Shown: piece after piece, positions 60,461 to 64,000 of the stretch
How positions within the stretch are numbered: position 1 is the stretch's first letter
Layout: every line of letters begins with the position of its first letter
Origin: Saccostrea echinata
Lineage: Eukaryota
Direction: 5' to 3'
Assembly: GCF_033153115.1 (NCBI RefSeq)
Contig: NW_026889803.1
Coordinates: 45,570,001-45,634,000, forward strand
Length of the DNA: 64,000 nt
Notes under the pieces: generated by a model
The model's input: only the letters and a program-made list of their open reading frames with translations
Told to the model about the DNA's origin: nothing
The model's database searches: none
Made by a program: the position numbers and the translations under genes

Positions 60461-63400
60461 CTTGTTGAATTGTTTTTTATTGTTTTTGATTGGCTGAATT
60501 ATTTTTATTGGAACCTACATCAATAAAATTTTCACGAATTAGCCGAAACTATTTTTGATGATTTTTTAAAATGGCCGACGATACATAATTTCCCCCATCT
60601 ACCATTCTTTTTGTAATATATTTAAATAATATGAGAATGAAAAGGTTGAAAAAAAAATCATTTTTTCACTCAATATTATTTATTCAACAGAATATATATT
60701 TTCATTTTATTCTTCTAAGGAATTAATAATGTGCTAGCCAAACATAAAGTACCTAAATAAATTACATAACAAGTTCACATTTTTTGTTTTTAAAAATACA
60801 AGGCTGACATACATGGATAATGACTAGACACGATCTAGATTACCTTTGTTTATCTCAAACTTTAAAGAAATGAGAAGAAAAAAAACCTACAGACGATTCG
60901 AGTAAGCTTGAGCAAAGAAAGTATGAAATTATTTTTGTAATAAAACCCTATATACATCACAAAACTCCGAGGAAGATGATATTTCTAGAAAAATTGAAGA
61001 CATAAAGAAAGTAGAGGTCCAGATGTAAATAAATTGATAAATGGTTAAAAGCAAAATTCATTAGAGTGTATCACACTCGAAACTTTTTAATTATATACTA
61101 TAATTTAAGGATTTAAAAAGAAAGGGTCTCAGAAATAATTAAGGTTCAAAAAGGGGTTTAATGATACAACTTATAAAACAAATGCGGATAAGAGGATTCT
61201 TATGGACAGCATGGAGTGACAACATTTCTAAAATCAAACCAAATTACAGCTACAACATTCGTCACACATATTTTAAGACATTTGGAATGAAACCCAACTA
61301 CACGAATGAAACAATACTCAATCATCAATATCCCAACACATAACATAACTGCATTTCAGGCAATTAAGAGCAGATTCTAATGAGGAAAAAAAACTCACAT
61401 TGATTAACGTTTTGCGTTATGAAACAAAAAAAGTGGTTAAAATTACAGAAAATTACAGACACATTTAATTATGATTTTCTTGCCCTTCAACACAATCAGA
61501 TAACTGATTTTAAGATGTATTTGTGTTCATGAAAATCCTTTACTACAACTTTAGATACAAATATGAACACAATAGTGGCATGCTTTTTATGCCTCAAACA
61601 TTTGCATTGTTAATCCTATCGGCTATATCAACTGATTAATTATATGTCAGACAAAGACATATACCGGTATAACAAAAGGCCTCAGCATTATTAGTGTAAA
61701 TTGAACTAAAACTTTTAAACTGCATCCTCCTACACAAAAAAGTATGAAGCACAGCACTGCTAAACCGCGTTAAAGTATGAACTAATTGAATCTCTATCAG
61801 GGAATCGGACAACATATGAAGACTTTCAAAATAACTCATGAGTGAAAAAACGCACGAAAGAATTTAAATTCAAGACATGTATATAAACAGAATACAGAGG
61901 AGAGTCCATACAGAAACTTAAGTAGCGCTAAACCGTCTTACCAAATGTGACCCAAAGAAATTCCATTTTCACAATGGATAGGAATATATAATAATACGAT
62001 ATAACGTTTTGAGCCCTAGCTTGGGGAAAAATTGGAGAGAAACTAGAGACAAAGAAAATCAATGAAACCAAAGTTCATGTCCAACCAAAGACTACCACCA
62101 AATCAGAAACTAAAACCCTACCTAAACTGTCCTAAAGCCAAGAGTCAAAACCTACTAGAGAAAAAAAAAGGCTGCTTGGTCATTGCAGATACTGAAGCAC
62201 TAAACCTCCATCAACCATCCAAAGTAAGAGAATGGTGCCCAACGGCAGATCAACAAGTCGGAAATTTTCCTGCATGATCTACTTTGGTCCCCATAGAGCC
62301 CTAATAAAAGATCATCCGCCAATACTCTTCTTCTGAACTTCTGCGTTTGAGCTTAAGCATAAACAATACATATCGGAACATGTATAAGAACGCACACTGT
62401 TCTATGAGCACAGATTTGATCATATCTATAGCTCTTTTAAAGGAGCTATCACCTATAAGGATACAATGACAATCTATTCCACAAAGGAGAAGAGCAATTC
62501 ATACAAAGTGTACAACGATTACCTAAAGATGTTACTTAAATTTGCCGGGTAAGTATTAAATAAAACAAAAGTACATTAAAAATGTTAGTGCAAAGAACGA
62601 TGGCTCGCGGCATAAAGTTGCATTTTCCGTCACACGAGAAAACAGGAATTGACTTTCACAGTTTACAATGTCTAGGAGCTTAAAATAAGGAATTTTTTTT
62701 ATGTATTTCGCATCGTCTTTATCTGAACTTGGTAGTACCGACATTTGCTGCAAAGTCAGATCAGATGAGGAACTGCATGGTGCGAAGCAAATGATAGCTT
62801 GAACCGTCGCAATACACATTCTAAACCACCATTATCAGAGAGCAAATACTATAATTATTACTATCTCGTGAGTGTACTGAATCGCAAACTTCAATTTACA
62901 AACACGAACTATTAATGATGATGGAAGAACCTTACACGTTTTTCTTTTGTGATTTTTATGTCTTATGTCTCTCGAATTCTGAGCCAAATGTTCTCTAATT
63001 GCCATTTCTTTTGAAATGTTTTAATGATAATCATTCATGCAATTTGATGAGAGCACACAAACTGATCCGCAATATAATATATTTCAATGGATATTTCATC
63101 TTGATATTACGATTTTAAATTATGTAAAATTTTTAGGTATAGCTTCAATCATGTATTGTGCTTTAGTTCTCTTGTCTTAAAGCTATTGTAGTTGTTTGAA
63201 AGAAGAATGTTATTCATTTGGTACAATTTACCTGATTTGTGTTACTTGAATTGAAGTTGCAGTCAAAATGATTTTTGTTGCACATTTTCTTACTTGTAAT
63301 ACATTACATTTTATCTCTCTTTTTTACATTGATGATCTTTCGTTGAATTTTAAAGACAATTTTATTTAATTAATTTCTGGTGTAAATTGTAATGGAAACT

Positions 63401-64000
63401 ACAGGGATTATACAACCCCTATGTTTATATTGTATTTTTCTTGGATTCTAAAGCTAGTGATATTTTTATGAGAGATTCTAAAGTAGAAGTACCCGTGTCC
63501 TAAACGTAAAACTATATAGTTACATGAATATCCAGTGAATGTTTGTAAAACTTGCAATTTTATTTCTAAGTAAAACAAATTAGATTACATTCTCTTTTTT
63601 TAATAAAATACATTTAGAATGGGTTTGTGGAAATGTCCATCTGTGTGTTTGTGTGAAATAACATTATATTGATTTTGAACCGAAATTGTATTGTACTGTA
63701 TACCAATTTAGGGACATTGAATGAAGAAGCTCTTCGCAATGACACATCTTGAAATATGTTCACAAACAGTAAATCATAAATGTTTCTTTATACATTCCTT
63801 CCATGATTTCCAATGCTGCTTATCGCAAGGGGTACCAATTGTGGCATGAATAATTATATTTTCTTGTTTTCAAAATATAAAAAGCAAATTAAGAATGGGT
63901 GTGGATTCAAGGGAGCATTTATTTGGATATTCATTCACTCTCAAATCAAATAAGACGGAAAAGTTTCATTGATTACAGAAATCCACATGAATACCCAACC

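Overview
AT-rich, repeat-dense animal genomic DNA. The repeat families (Helentron-type non-autonomous elements carrying ~166-bp satellite arrays, Deu/Nin-core SINEs, Penelope-like RT relics) point to a bivalve, probably an oyster; this is an inference. One intact host gene is present: neuroguidin (NGDN/Lcp5), 12 coding exons on the + strand, 26302-33037, 298 aa as spliced by hand. Nearly everything else is nested mobile DNA. (1) A 9.4-kb TTAA-flanked Kolobok-like DNA transposon (7053-16468) hosts a young Gypsy LTR retrotransposon (9664-15479). That retrotransposon has identical 102-bp TAA...TTA LTRs, and its 11-nt PBS is the perfect reverse complement of a sequence inside its own LTR, so it is a candidate tRNA-independent, self-priming element. 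This is the most interesting signal in the window. (2) A decayed RTEX/CR1-type LINE (~36270-43830, - strand) has an esterase-like ORF1 and an ORF2 that reconstructs to signal-peptide-like leader + 2A-like motif + PHD + APE + RT; it is interrupted by four younger insertions, including a DD34E Tc1. (3) A 73-bp satellite is split by a hAT element and mirrored 16 kb away. (4) Many MITEs with resolvable 2-, 4-, 5-, 6-, 8- and 9-bp target-site duplications. All coordinates and translations were read by eye; no database searches were run.
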